Source: Gaiellaceae bacterium
Lineage (GTDB): Bacteria; Actinomycetota; Thermoleophilia; Gaiellales; Gaiellaceae
Assembly: GCA_036494245.1 (NCBI GenBank)
Contig: DASXOM010000051.1
Span: forward strand, 1,512 to 65,511
DNA length: 64,000 nucleotides
Direction of reading: 5' to 3'
The notes under the pieces are model-generated. The model searched no databases. It was not told the origin of the DNA and saw only the letters and a program-made list of their open reading frames with translations. The position numbers and the translations under genes are program-made. Below, one piece after another: positions 38,950 to 47,507 of this stretch (its first letter is position 1; each line of letters begins with the position of its first letter).

Positions 38950-39917
38950 CCGAGACGCTGCTGCGCACCGAAGGGCTGACGCGCCACTTCCGCGTGGGCA
39001 AGCTCATGTCGCGGCAGACCTTGCACGCCGTCGACGGCGTAGACGTGAGCATCGGGCGCGGCGAGATCGTCGCCCTCGTGGGCGAGAGCGGAAGCGGCAA
39101 GAGCACGATCGCGCGGCTCCTCGCGCTCGTCTACCAGCCGACGCGCGGCGAGATCTGGTTCGAGGGCCTGCCGCTCAGCCGCCTGCGGGGGCGGCGGAGC
39201 CGGCTCGCGTACAGCGCTGCGGTGCCGATGGTGTTCCAGGATCCGTACAGCTCGCTCAATCCGGCGTACCGGGTCTCACACGGGATCCTGCGTGGGCTGA
39301 AGCTCCACCGCGCCGAGCTCTCGGCTGCGCAGCGCCGTGCGGAGATGAATCGCGTGTTGGAGGCGGTCGGGCTCGTGCCTGCCGCGGACACACGGAACCG
39401 CTTCCCCTTCGAGCTGAGCGGCGGCCAGCGCCAGCGGGTCGGTTTCGCGCAGGCGCTCGCGCTGCGGCCGAAGCTGATCGTCGCCGACGAGCCCGTCTCG
39501 ATGCTCGACGTCTCGATCCGGGTCGGCGTGCTCAATCTGATGGGCGAGCTGCGCGAGCGGGAAGGCGTTTCGTTCCTCTACATCACCCATGACGTCGCGA
39601 GCGCCAGGTACCTCGCCGATCGCGTCCTCGTCATGTACGCGGGCCATCTCGTCGAGGAAGGGGCGACCGAGGACGTGCTGCAGCAACCGAAGCATCCGTA
39701 TACGCAGCTGCTCGTGTCGGCAGTGCCCGATCCTCGCGCCGAGCTGCGTCTCGCCGACGCGCGCGACGTCGGCGAGCCGCCGAAGGTCGTCGACCCGAAG
39801 CCGGGTTGTCGCTTCCGGCGGCGCTGCCCTCTCGCGATCGCGAGGTGCGAGAGCGAGACGCCGCAGCTACGGGTGCTCGGGGACGGCCGTCGGGTTGCCT
39901 GCCACGTTGCCGACTGA
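38946..39917 (+). CDS. ABC ATP-binding protein (DppF/OppF type)
   Basis: GTG at 38946 overlaps the upstream stop. [39 protein letters not shown]. Confidence 0.9.
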   Translation: MTETLLRTEGLTRHFRVGKLMSRQTLHAVDGVDVSIGRGEIVALVGESGSGKSTIARLLALVYQPTRGEIWFEGLPLSRLRGRRSRLAYSAAVPMVFQDPYSSLNPAYRVSHGILRGLKLHRAELSAAQRRAEMNRVLEAVGLVPAADTRNRFPFELSGGQRQRVGFAQALALRPKLIVADEPVSMLDVSIRVGVLNLMGELREREGVSFLYITHDVASARYLADRVLVMYAGHLVEEGATEDVLQQPKHPYTQLLVSAVPDPRAELRLADARDVGEPPKVVDPKPGCRFRRRCPLAIARCESETPQLRVLGDGRRVACHVAD

Positions 39918-40871
39918 CGCGGTCGCGCGGTCGAGCTCCTCGCGCGCGCGCTCGTAGGCGTCCGGCCCGGCGCCCATGCGGTCGAGCCCGGTCAGCACCG
40001 CGCCGACGATGGGGCGTGAGCGGGCCACCACGGGCGAGAGCCGGGGACTGACCTCGCGCAGCCCGGCCTCGACTCCGGCGAGAAGGCGCCGGTTCCCGGA
40101 CTGGAGCACGCTGCCGCCGAGCACGATCTCGATGTCTTCGCCGGCGAGATCGAGCCGGTTGACCGCGGCGCGCACGAACGCGACGACCTCCGCCGCCTGG
40201 CGGTCGACGATCTCGCCCGCGACCGCGTCCAGATCGGCGGCAGCGAAAACGAGGGGCGAGAGCTCGCCCAGGCGGCGCCACGGGACGCTGCCCGCCTCAA
40301 TGGCGCGTGCGAGCTCGACCGGTGAGCCCAGCTCGAAGTGAGCCGGGACAAGACGCTCGAGCTCCGTCTTCGGGCCACGGCCGTCCTCGCTCCGCGCCGC
40401 GGCCGAGACGGACGCGAGTCCGACCGCTCCGGCTCCGTCCATCACGTCGCCGCTGACCGCGCCGAGGGAGGGGAAGCGCACCTGGCGACCGTCCGGCCCC
40501 ACGCCCACGCAGTTCATCCCTGTGCCGCAGGTCACCGCGATGCCCCAGCCGCGCTCGGTTCCTGCGCGAAGAACGGCATACGTGTCGTTCCCGACGACGA
40601 CCTCGGTCGCCCACCCCCGCTGCTCTGCCTCGGCCTGGTAGGCGGCCTCCTCGTCGGGAAAGTCGAGACCGGCGATTAGGAGGACGGCGAGATCGGCGGG
40701 CGTTCCGACTTCGACGGCCAACGGCTCGAGCGCGTTCACGCTCGCCTCGACGCCGATGTAGTCGGGCTGGCAGAGCGGGCCGCGGGCGAAGCCGAGCAGC
40801 GTGCCGTCCTCCTGGACGAGCGCCGCGTCGGTCTTCGAGCCTCCGCCGTCGACCGCGAAGACGGTCTTCAG
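39867..40871 (-). CDS. BadF/BadG/BcrA/BcrD-type ATPase, N-acetylglucosamine-kinase-like sugar kinase
   Basis: The phosphate-1 motif FAVDGGGSKTDAAL lies upstream of the first canonical start (GTG at 40739). Start proposed at CTG 40869-40871, overlapping the GH4 stop. Also CGTGMNCVG and LGGSV motifs. Confidence 0.65.
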   Translation of the reverse strand: MKTVFAVDGGGSKTDAALVQEDGTLLGFARGPLCQPDYIGVEASVNALEPLAVEVGTPADLAVLLIAGLDFPDEEAAYQAEAEQRGWATEVVVGNDTYAVLRAGTERGWGIAVTCGTGMNCVGVGPDGRQVRFPSLGAVSGDVMDGAGAVGLASVSAAARSEDGRGPKTELERLVPAHFELGSPVELARAIEAGSVPWRRLGELSPLVFAAADLDAVAGEIVDRQAAEVVAFVRAAVNRLDLAGEDIEIVLGGSVLQSGNRRLLAGVEAGLREVSPRLSPVVARSRPIVGAVLTGLDRMGAGPDAYERAREELDRATASVGNVAGNPTAVPEHP

Positions 40872-42097
40872 TGGACCGCCTCGGCGACGAGCCGGTCGAG
40901 CAGGCCGTCCACTAGCTCGACCTGGCCGATCAGCGGATGCGCGAGCAGCGCCTTCCGCGCATCGACCGGATCCCGGCTGAGCGCGGCGCGGACCGTCAGT
41001 CGCTCGTAGGCCGCGACGTGCTGGACGAGCCCGAGCAGCTCGGGTGCGAGCGGTGGCTGCGCCAGGGGCTTCGGCCCTTCGCGGCCGACGCGCGCCGGAA
41101 CCTCGACGACGTCGTCGTAGGCGAGGCCCGCGAGCGTTCCCTCGTTCCGCACGTCCACCTCGTGCACGGCGCCGTCATCCGTCGAGAGCGAGGTGATCAG
41201 CCCCAGCGCGGCCTCGCTGTAGTAGGCCCCCCCGCGCTGCATGAGGAGAGCCGGCCGCTCGTCGACTGCCGGGTCGCGGTAGAGATCGAGGAGGCTTCGC
41301 TCGATCTCCTGCACTACCGCCGCGCGCGGCTCGCCCTCGAGCTGCTCGCGCAGGACGGCGTCGTGGGCGTAGAAGTAGCGGAGGTAATAGGACGGCACGG
41401 CGCAGAGCTCGTCGAGTAGCCGTCGGGGCAGCTCGATGTCCTCCGCGATCTCATCGCCGTGGTGTGAGAGCAGTTGTGGCAGCACGTCCTCGCCGTCGAG
41501 CAGGACGCGCCGCACCCACGTGAGGTGGTTGAGCCCGACCTGGTCGACGACGGCCCGCGCCGGCTCGACCCCGAGCCAGTCGGCAAAGCGGCGCTGAAAT
41601 CCGATCGCGACGTTGCAGAGGCCGACGGCCCTGTGGCCGCCGTCGAGCAGCGCGCGGGTGACGATGCCGACCGGATTCGTGAAGTTGACGATCCAGGCCT
41701 CGGGCGCGCCGAGCGCGCGCACTCGTTCCGCGATCCCGAGCACGATCGGGACGGTGCGCATCGCCTTGGCAAAGCCGCCCGCGCCGGTGGTCTCCTGCCC
41801 GATGCAGCCGCAGGCGAGCGGAGCCGTCTCGTCGTGCAGCCTCGCCTCCTGACCACCCACCCGGATCTGGATCAGGACGTAGTCAGCGTCCGCCACCGCA
41901 ACATCGAGGTCACCTGTCACCTCGAGCCGGCCGGCGAATCCCTGGCGCGCCAGCATGCGCCGCGCCATGCCCCCGACGACCTCGCGTCGCCCAGGATCAA
42001 TGTCCTGGAGCACGAATTCGTCCACGTCGAGGCGCGTCAGTCCGGAAACGAGCTCCGGCGTGTAGGTGGATCCGCCGCCGACAACCGCAATCTTCAT
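40868..42097 (-). CDS. GH4 family glycosidase (6-phospho-beta-glucosidase / ChbF-like)
   Basis: NAD-binding N-terminus MKIAVVGGGSTYTPEL. GH4 motifs NFTNPVGIVT, GLCNVAIG, GLNHLTW. Confidence 0.9.
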   Translation of the reverse strand: MKIAVVGGGSTYTPELVSGLTRLDVDEFVLQDIDPGRREVVGGMARRMLARQGFAGRLEVTGDLDVAVADADYVLIQIRVGGQEARLHDETAPLACGCIGQETTGAGGFAKAMRTVPIVLGIAERVRALGAPEAWIVNFTNPVGIVTRALLDGGHRAVGLCNVAIGFQRRFADWLGVEPARAVVDQVGLNHLTWVRRVLLDGEDVLPQLLSHHGDEIAEDIELPRRLLDELCAVPSYYLRYFYAHDAVLREQLEGEPRAAVVQEIERSLLDLYRDPAVDERPALLMQRGGAYYSEAALGLITSLSTDDGAVHEVDVRNEGTLAGLAYDDVVEVPARVGREGPKPLAQPPLAPELLGLVQHVAAYERLTVRAALSRDPVDARKALLAHPLIGQVELVDGLLDRLVAEAVH

Positions 42098-42119
42098 TCT
42101 GGTTAATCTTACTTACGAG

Positions 42120-43280
42120 ATGACGGAAACCAAGGCCGTACCGGCCCTTCTGCGGACTTTGAACGAGCGGGCAGTGCTCGACACCGTTCGCACGACCGGG
42201 CCGATCTCGCGTGCCGAGGTTGCGCGCCAGACCGGAATCTCGAGACCGACGGTGTCGCTCGTCCTGCGTTCGCTGCTCGAGGACGGGCTGGTACGAGAGA
42301 CGGCGCACGATGCGGAGGGACCGCACTACGGCGCCGTCTACTACGAAGCCGATCGGGAAGCGGCCGTGGTCCTCGGTGTCGACTTCGGGTCACGCGCCGT
42401 GCGCACTGCGCTCTGCGATCTCTCCAGCGGGGTTCGCGCGAAGGAGGAGATCCGCAGCCGCGGCTCCGTCGAGGAACGCATCGACGCGCTTGCGAGCTCC
42501 GTCCGTTCGTTGCTGCGGACGAGCAGGCTGCCCGGCGACCTGCTCGAGAACGCCGTGGTCGCCTTGCCGGCAGTCGTCCATCCCACCGAGTTGCGCGTTT
42601 CCGAAGCCGACCTGCCGGGCCTTGGAGCCTCCGACTTGCACGAGCAGCTCGAGCGAGCGCTTCGCGTGCCCGTGACGCTCGAGAACGACGTCAACCTCGC
42701 GGCGGTCGCCGAGCAACGGCGCGGAGTTGCCGCCGACGTCGCGGACTTCGCCTTCCTGCTCGTAGGGGCCGGACTCGGGGCAGCGGTTGTGCTCGACCGG
42801 AAGCTGCACCGCGGCCACAACGGAAACGCCGGCGAGCTCGACGCCGTTCGCAACGGTCGTGCCGACCACGTCGATCCGTGCGCTGCCTCGCTGTCCCAGC
42901 TCGCCGGGGAGCTGGCAGCGACGAGGCCGACGGAGCTCGAGGCGCCGTTCGACGTGCGGGAACTCTTCGCGGCCGCCGAAGCCGGCGACGCGGTAGGGAC
43001 CGCGGTGGTCGAGGAGGCGGCCCGACGTATCGCGCTTCACATCCTCTCGCTCGCGGCGACGCTCGATCTCCCGCTCGTCGTGCTCGGCGGCAGCGTCGCC
43101 GCCAACCCGGCTCTGCTCGAACCGGTCCGCCGTCATCTCGACGCGTTGCTGCCCTTCCCGGCTCCGCGCGTCGAGGTTTCCGCACTCGGAGAGGCTGCTG
43201 TGCTCGAAGGCGCGCTCGCCGCCGGTGTCGACACGGCGCTCGAACGCCTCTTTCAGAGGCGCGTCCGCCGCGGGGCCTAG
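42120..43280 (+). CDS. ROK family transcriptional regulator
   Basis: ATG at 42120 (MTETKAVPALLRTLNERAVL). wHTH ISRAEVARQTGISRPTVSLVLRSLLEDGLV plus ROK fold (LGVDFG, GAGLGAAVVLDRKLHRGHNGNAGEL). Confidence 0.85.
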   Translation: MTETKAVPALLRTLNERAVLDTVRTTGPISRAEVARQTGISRPTVSLVLRSLLEDGLVRETAHDAEGPHYGAVYYEADREAAVVLGVDFGSRAVRTALCDLSSGVRAKEEIRSRGSVEERIDALASSVRSLLRTSRLPGDLLENAVVALPAVVHPTELRVSEADLPGLGASDLHEQLERALRVPVTLENDVNLAAVAEQRRGVAADVADFAFLLVGAGLGAAVVLDRKLHRGHNGNAGELDAVRNGRADHVDPCAASLSQLAGELAATRPTELEAPFDVRELFAAAEAGDAVGTAVVEEAARRIALHILSLAATLDLPLVVLGGSVAANPALLEPVRRHLDALLPFPAPRVEVSALGEAAVLEGALAAGVDTALERLFQRRVRRGA

Positions 43281-43292
43281 CTCGGCACCGCT

Positions 43293-45506
43293 CTAGGTGG
43301 CTCTGGCGACTTCGAGTGCCAGAGCGCCCCACACGTTGGCCGTGCCGAGGGTGACGGTCCCGCTGGCCGTGCTGGCGCCGAAGAAGCTGCCGTAGTTGCA
43401 ACCGGTGCCACCCATGACGCGGGCCCAGAACATCGTCGTCGCCCAGCTGGTCGAGGACATGGAAGCACCACTGTTCGCCGCCTCGCCGACGAGGACGACT
43501 TCCTTGCTGCCGGTCGAGAGTGAGCCTGGCAGCGTGACGGTTGCGGTCGTGGTGCAGCCGGTGGTGCACTTGTTCGTGTTATTGCTCTGGGCGATCGGAG
43601 CCTTGGTGTTCTCTCCGGAGAGAACGATCACCTGGACGAGGGTGGCGATGTTGTCGCTCTTGTTGAACGTCACAGTCACTGCGGGGCTGGCGGTCGTACC
43701 TGTCCCCTGCGCCCGGTAGACCCAAAGGTTCGTGAAGGCTCCGGCGTTGCTGGACAGGTTGCCGGTGAGCGAGGTGACGAGCGTCGGGCTGCTGATTGCG
43801 CTTCCGCTGACGCCGGAGACCGCGTCGCCGCTCTGTGAGCCGTTGCGAGCGATCAGGATCAGGACCGTCGAGCCCGACGGCGGCGTATTGCCGGCCGAGA
43901 GCGAGGCGGTGCTCGAGCTGGTCCCGGCGGTCGTGTCCGTGAACGCGCTCGCGCTCGTCAGGGTCGTCTCGCAGACCGTGGCGGCGGCGCAGTTCTGGGA
44001 GAGAGTGATGGCGCTCTCGACGTTCGAGGCTGGGGCGTACGAGTAGCCGGTCAGGGTCAGGTTGGAGACTGTCCAGGTCTCGGTGAGCTGGCCGCTCGGG
44101 AAGGAGCCTGCGGCAGGCGTGATCGTGCACTGGCCGGAGGAGTTGGTGGTGCAGCCACTGGGGGAAGCCGCCGAGGTTGGGCTCCAGGCGCCGGTCACCG
44201 AGACGCCGTTGATGGCCGTGCCCGCGGAATTGGTGACCGTGACGGTGACGGAACCTGTCCAGGTCGTGGCACCGCTCGTCGAGCCCGTGGCGAGCGAGCT
44301 GACGTGAAGCAGGCCGATGTTGGTCTCGCTGAAGTTGACCGACGGGTTCGACCCGCCGCTCGCGGTGGCGCTGACGTTGTACGTGCCGGCGCCGGCGCCG
44401 GCAGTGAAGGCCGAGGAGGTGGCGACTCCGCTCGCGTTGGTGGTCGCGACACACTGGTAGGCCTGCGGGTTGCTCGTGCAGTTTCCGCCGGAGGCGAAAG
44501 TCGCGCTAGCTCCACTCGACGGCCCACTGAAGGTCACGGAGACGCCGGACTTGAGATTTCCATAGCTGTCGCTGACCGTCGCGACGAGGGGGTTCGTGAA
44601 TGCGGAGCCAGCCGTCGCAGACTGACCTCCGCCGCTGGTGGCCGTGATGCTGCCGGCCGCCGCCGGGCTCACCGTGACGGAGAGACTGCCCGTGTGCGTG
44701 CCGTCGCTGACGGTCACGCTCGCGGTCTCAGCCTTGTACAGAGTCATCACGCCGTTGCTCGAGCCGGACACGGTCGCGACACCGTTGGTGAAGGTGATCG
44801 TTTCGCCGGTGCCGAAGGCGACGGCGGCGCCTGTCTTGGCGGTGACGGTGGGCTGGTTCGCGCCGATGGTGCTTGCGCCGCCGAACGTCAGCGTCTGGTC
44901 GCCGCCGTAGGAGATGACGGTGTTGCCGGCGGTGTCCTGCGCCGTGATCGTGAGGTTGTCGCCCGCACCCGCAGTCGGCGTTGTCGTGGCTGCTGCGAGG
45001 GAGAAGTGGTCGAGCGAGCCTGTGACCGTCACGGGCGTCGAACTGCTCGTAGCCGACCAGCTACGCCAGACAGCGGTCACGGTGTAGTTGTAGGTGCCGG
45101 GCGAAAGACCCGAATCGGTGCAGCTCGTTGCCGTGGAGGGCGACGCCTGTGTGGGGCAGTTGCCGCCCGCACTCGCTCCGTCCCGCCGAACGTAGTAGCT
45201 GACCGTGCCGCTTCCGGTCGGCGGCGACACGCTCGACCAGCTCAGGGCGACTGTGCCCGCGCCGGGCGTCGCGGTCGGCGCTGCGGGTGCGGTCAGTGTG
45301 CCGAGAGCCGCCGTCGCATGCCCCGAGCCGGGGGATCCGAAGTAGCCGACCGCGACGGGCACGCCGAGCACGAACGCGAGCGGGATGCCCGCCAGGCCGA
45401 GCCAGATCCTCGACCGGAAGGCAAGGCTCATTGCGCGTCTCATCTTCGAGAAGGACGCCGCGACCGCGGCGTCCTGGGAAGTTCCTATGGAGGGCCGACG
45501 GAACAT
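43293..45506 (-). CDS. Large secreted Ser/Thr/Gly-rich surface protein with FN3-like and Big_1/invasin-like Ig repeats
   Basis: ATG at 45504-45506 with GGAG 5 nt upstream. N-terminal hydrophobic segment ending AVGYFGSPGSG. Repeats of the type QSATAGSAFTNPLVATVSDSYGNLKSGVSVTF. Confidence 0.75.
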   Translation of the reverse strand: MFRRPSIGTSQDAAVAASFSKMRRAMSLAFRSRIWLGLAGIPLAFVLGVPVAVGYFGSPGSGHATAALGTLTAPAAPTATPGAGTVALSWSSVSPPTGSGTVSYYVRRDGASAGGNCPTQASPSTATSCTDSGLSPGTYNYTVTAVWRSWSATSSSTPVTVTGSLDHFSLAAATTTPTAGAGDNLTITAQDTAGNTVISYGGDQTLTFGGASTIGANQPTVTAKTGAAVAFGTGETITFTNGVATVSGSSNGVMTLYKAETASVTVSDGTHTGSLSVTVSPAAAGSITATSGGGQSATAGSAFTNPLVATVSDSYGNLKSGVSVTFSGPSSGASATFASGGNCTSNPQAYQCVATTNASGVATSSAFTAGAGAGTYNVSATASGGSNPSVNFSETNIGLLHVSSLATGSTSGATTWTGSVTVTVTNSAGTAINGVSVTGAWSPTSAASPSGCTTNSSGQCTITPAAGSFPSGQLTETWTVSNLTLTGYSYAPASNVESAITLSQNCAAATVCETTLTSASAFTDTTAGTSSSTASLSAGNTPPSGSTVLILIARNGSQSGDAVSGVSGSAISSPTLVTSLTGNLSSNAGAFTNLWVYRAQGTGTTASPAVTVTFNKSDNIATLVQVIVLSGENTKAPIAQSNNTNKCTTGCTTTATVTLPGSLSTGSKEVVLVGEAANSGASMSSTSWATTMFWARVMGGTGCNYGSFFGASTASGTVTLGTANVWGALALEVARAT

Positions 45507-45566
45507 TCGGGCTCCAGGCGCAGAGGCGCGGCCCGGCCTGGGCGCGCCTCCGCGACTGTCATCTCG

Positions 45567-46121
45567 CTAGCGCGTGGCCAGCTGCAGGTAGAGGTTGGCG
45601 TTCTTGCAGCTGTCCTGCGACGAGCTGAGGTTGTTCATCTTCAGCGTGCCGCCGTTGGTGGCGCTCACGCCGGTCGCGTTGCCGGCGAGATCCTGGTTCT
45701 CGGTTACGTCGCCGATGTAGAAGTTGCTCAGGTTGGCGTTGCTCGCGTTGCCGGGGTCGACCGACTCGCAGCTCGTCTGCTCGGTGCCGCTGTTCGAGCA
45801 GCCGCCGGCGCCACTGTTCAGCGACGGATCCCAGGCCGAGCTGGCTCCGGTGCACGCCTTCACGCCGGCGAGGTAGATCGTCCCCAGCTGCTGATGGCCG
45901 CTCGAGGGATTGTCCACCGTGAAGCTGATGGGCACGGTCGCCCCGGGGTACAGGGTCCCGACCGTCGCACCGTGGAGCGTGAGAGTTGAGCTGGTGCCGA
46001 CGGTCGCCGTGCCGCTGCCGGAGCCGTTGGCCGTGAAGTACGCCCAGCCGCCGACCGCCGCAATGGCAGCAACCAACAGTGAGGCGAGAACCGCGATCCG
46101 TCTCTTCGTGAAGAACGTCAT
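45567..46121 (-). CDS. Small secreted protein with TasA/camelysin-like (SipW-type) signal region
   Basis: ATG at 46119-46121. MTFFTKRRIAVLASLLVAAIAAVGGWAYFTANGSGSG resembles the ..GGT.AYF.D class of signal peptides. Confidence 0.55.
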   Translation of the reverse strand: MTFFTKRRIAVLASLLVAAIAAVGGWAYFTANGSGSGTATVGTSSTLTLHGATVGTLYPGATVPISFTVDNPSSGHQQLGTIYLAGVKACTGASSAWDPSLNSGAGGCSNSGTEQTSCESVDPGNASNANLSNFYIGDVTENQDLAGNATGVSATNGGTLKMNNLSSSQDSCKNANLYLQLATR

Positions 46122-46394
46122 GTTTGCCGCCTTGGGTCGAGTGATGGGGCTGGAAAGCAGCTCCACGCTCAACTTCGTCGCGGCAGCGCACGAAGGCATG
46201 CCCCGTTCGGGGATCCAGAGATCCCTCTGCCGGGGGGAATCCGACCGGGGCGTGCAGGTGATGCGACCCTTGTCGAATCCAATGATCGGCCGATGGAGGC
46301 CTCAGGCCATCCCCGTTTCGAGTGATATTCACACCGGGTTCCAACCACTTTCCTACCGACCGCTTGGCACACTCGGCGACGTAGTAAGGTCACC

Positions 46395-46784
46395 TTGATG
46401 GCAGAATCAAGCGCTTTGCGGCTTCCGGCCACCCTCGCGGACGCCATCCGGTACTTCTCGGATCTCGATGTCGCCAACGAGTACGTTGTTTCGTTGCGGT
46501 GGCCCGGTGGGCCGGTCTGCCCGCGCTGCGGGGCGGCCGAGCACTCGTATGTCTCGACGCGTCGCCTCTGGAAGTGCAAAGCGTGTAAGCGACAGTTCTC
46601 GGTCAAGGCCGGCACGATCTTCGAGGGCTCTCCGCTGGGACTCGACAAGTGGCTGCCGGCGATCTGGGTGGCTGCCAACTCTCGGAGCGGGATCAGTTCT
46701 CGCGAGCTCGGACGTGCCGTCGGCGTGACTCAGAAGTCGGCGTGGTTCATGCTGCACCGGATCCGGGTGGGCGGCGCCCGCTGA
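46395..46784 (+). mobile_element. IS1595-family transposase remnant (N-terminal zinc-ribbon/HTH region only, DDE domain absent)
   Basis: LRWPGGPVCPRCGAAEHSYVSTRRLWKCKACKRQFSVKAGTIFEGSPLGLDKWLPAIW....SGISSRELGRAVGVTQKSAWFMLHRIR matches the conserved N-terminus of IS1595 transposases. The ORF stops right after it. Confidence 0.65.
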
Positions 46785-47163
46785 CGAGCTGACGGGTCAA
46801 CTCCTCGAACCGGCCGTACTCGTCCGAAGGCAGATGGCGAGGCGGCGGGTCGAGGACGAGATCCTTGCCCGCAGTGATGCCTTTGATGAGGCGCTCGATC
46901 TCCGGTGGTGGCGCGAGCCCCGCGATGCCGGGCTCCCATGCGTCGACCTGCTCCCCGTGCGGCAACTCGAGCCGCCACTCGACCCCCGCCTCCGAGGGAT
47001 GCCGCGACAGAGCCATGCCCGCCCGCTCGAGGTCCCGTTCGGCCGTGTCGTACTCGTGCGTCACGGCGACTAGTGCTCGCCGCTCCGCCGCGGCGGCCCG
47101 CGCCGGCCCGAACGCCCGCCGAGGCGGCGGAAGTACAGGATCAGCGTCACGAGCAGGACCCAC
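46747..47163 (-). pseudogene. CYTH-like domain fragment (probable gene remnant)
   Basis: VAVTHEYDTAERDLERAGMALSRH..GVEWRLELPHGE parallels FTSVYYDVPGESLAAVGITLRRR..GVWQLKLPADD of the CYTH-CHAD gene at 59953. There is no ExExK N-terminus. The 5' part overlaps the DUF1707 gene and the 3' end runs antisense into the IS remnant. Confidence 0.4.
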
Positions 47164-47477
47164 CTTGGCCAGAAGTCGTTGGTCTGCGCTCCCGAGAAGG
47201 CCCAGATGAGGATGGCGACAAGGTTGATGAGCGCGTACTGGAGCGCGAGCGAGCTCCAGCGGCGGTCCCGTAGGCGGAGGCTCACGGGCGGCTCGGTCCG
47301 CGGCAGCTGGCGGAACGCGTGCTCAAGATCCCCGCGAGTGCGGGCGGCGTGCACCTCGTCGAGTCGGCTTTCGAACTCGTCGAGCGTCAGCCGGCCGCTG
47401 TCGTAGTGCTGGCGTATCTCTTCGGCCGCCGTCGCGCGGTCGGCATCCGCGACCAGCGTGTCGAGGCTCTCGGCCAT
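47070..47477 (-). CDS. DUF1707 (SHOCT-like) domain membrane protein
   Basis: ADRATAAEEIRQHYDSGRLTLDEFESRLDEVHAARTRGDLEHAFRQLP followed by two hydrophobic helices. Confidence 0.8.
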   Translation of the reverse strand: MAESLDTLVADADRATAAEEIRQHYDSGRLTLDEFESRLDEVHAARTRGDLEHAFRQLPRTEPPVSLRLRDRRWSSLALQYALINLVAILIWAFSGAQTNDFWPRWVLLVTLILYFRRLGGRSGRRGPPRRSGEH

Positions 47478-47507
47478 CGTGGAAAGCCTAAAGCGCTTAC
47501 GCTGCGT

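Noticed and set aside
39867-39917. Convergent 3' overlaps of coding regions: dppF/BadF-kinase 51 nt, histidine kinase/PQQ protein 17 nt at 50163-50179, aminotransferase/rhodanese 4 nt, STAND/MarR 4 nt.
   Set aside because: Tail-to-tail overlaps of this size are common in compact high-GC genomes, and the overlapping tails are poorly conserved-looking termini. They are not treated as regulatory features without transcript data.
46122-46394. The 273-bp non-coding stretch upstream of the TasA-like gene as the left end (inverted repeat) of the IS1595 element, or as an sRNA.
   Set aside because: I could not identify a terminal inverted repeat pair or a stable terminator-bounded structure by eye. 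A database comparison is needed before any call.
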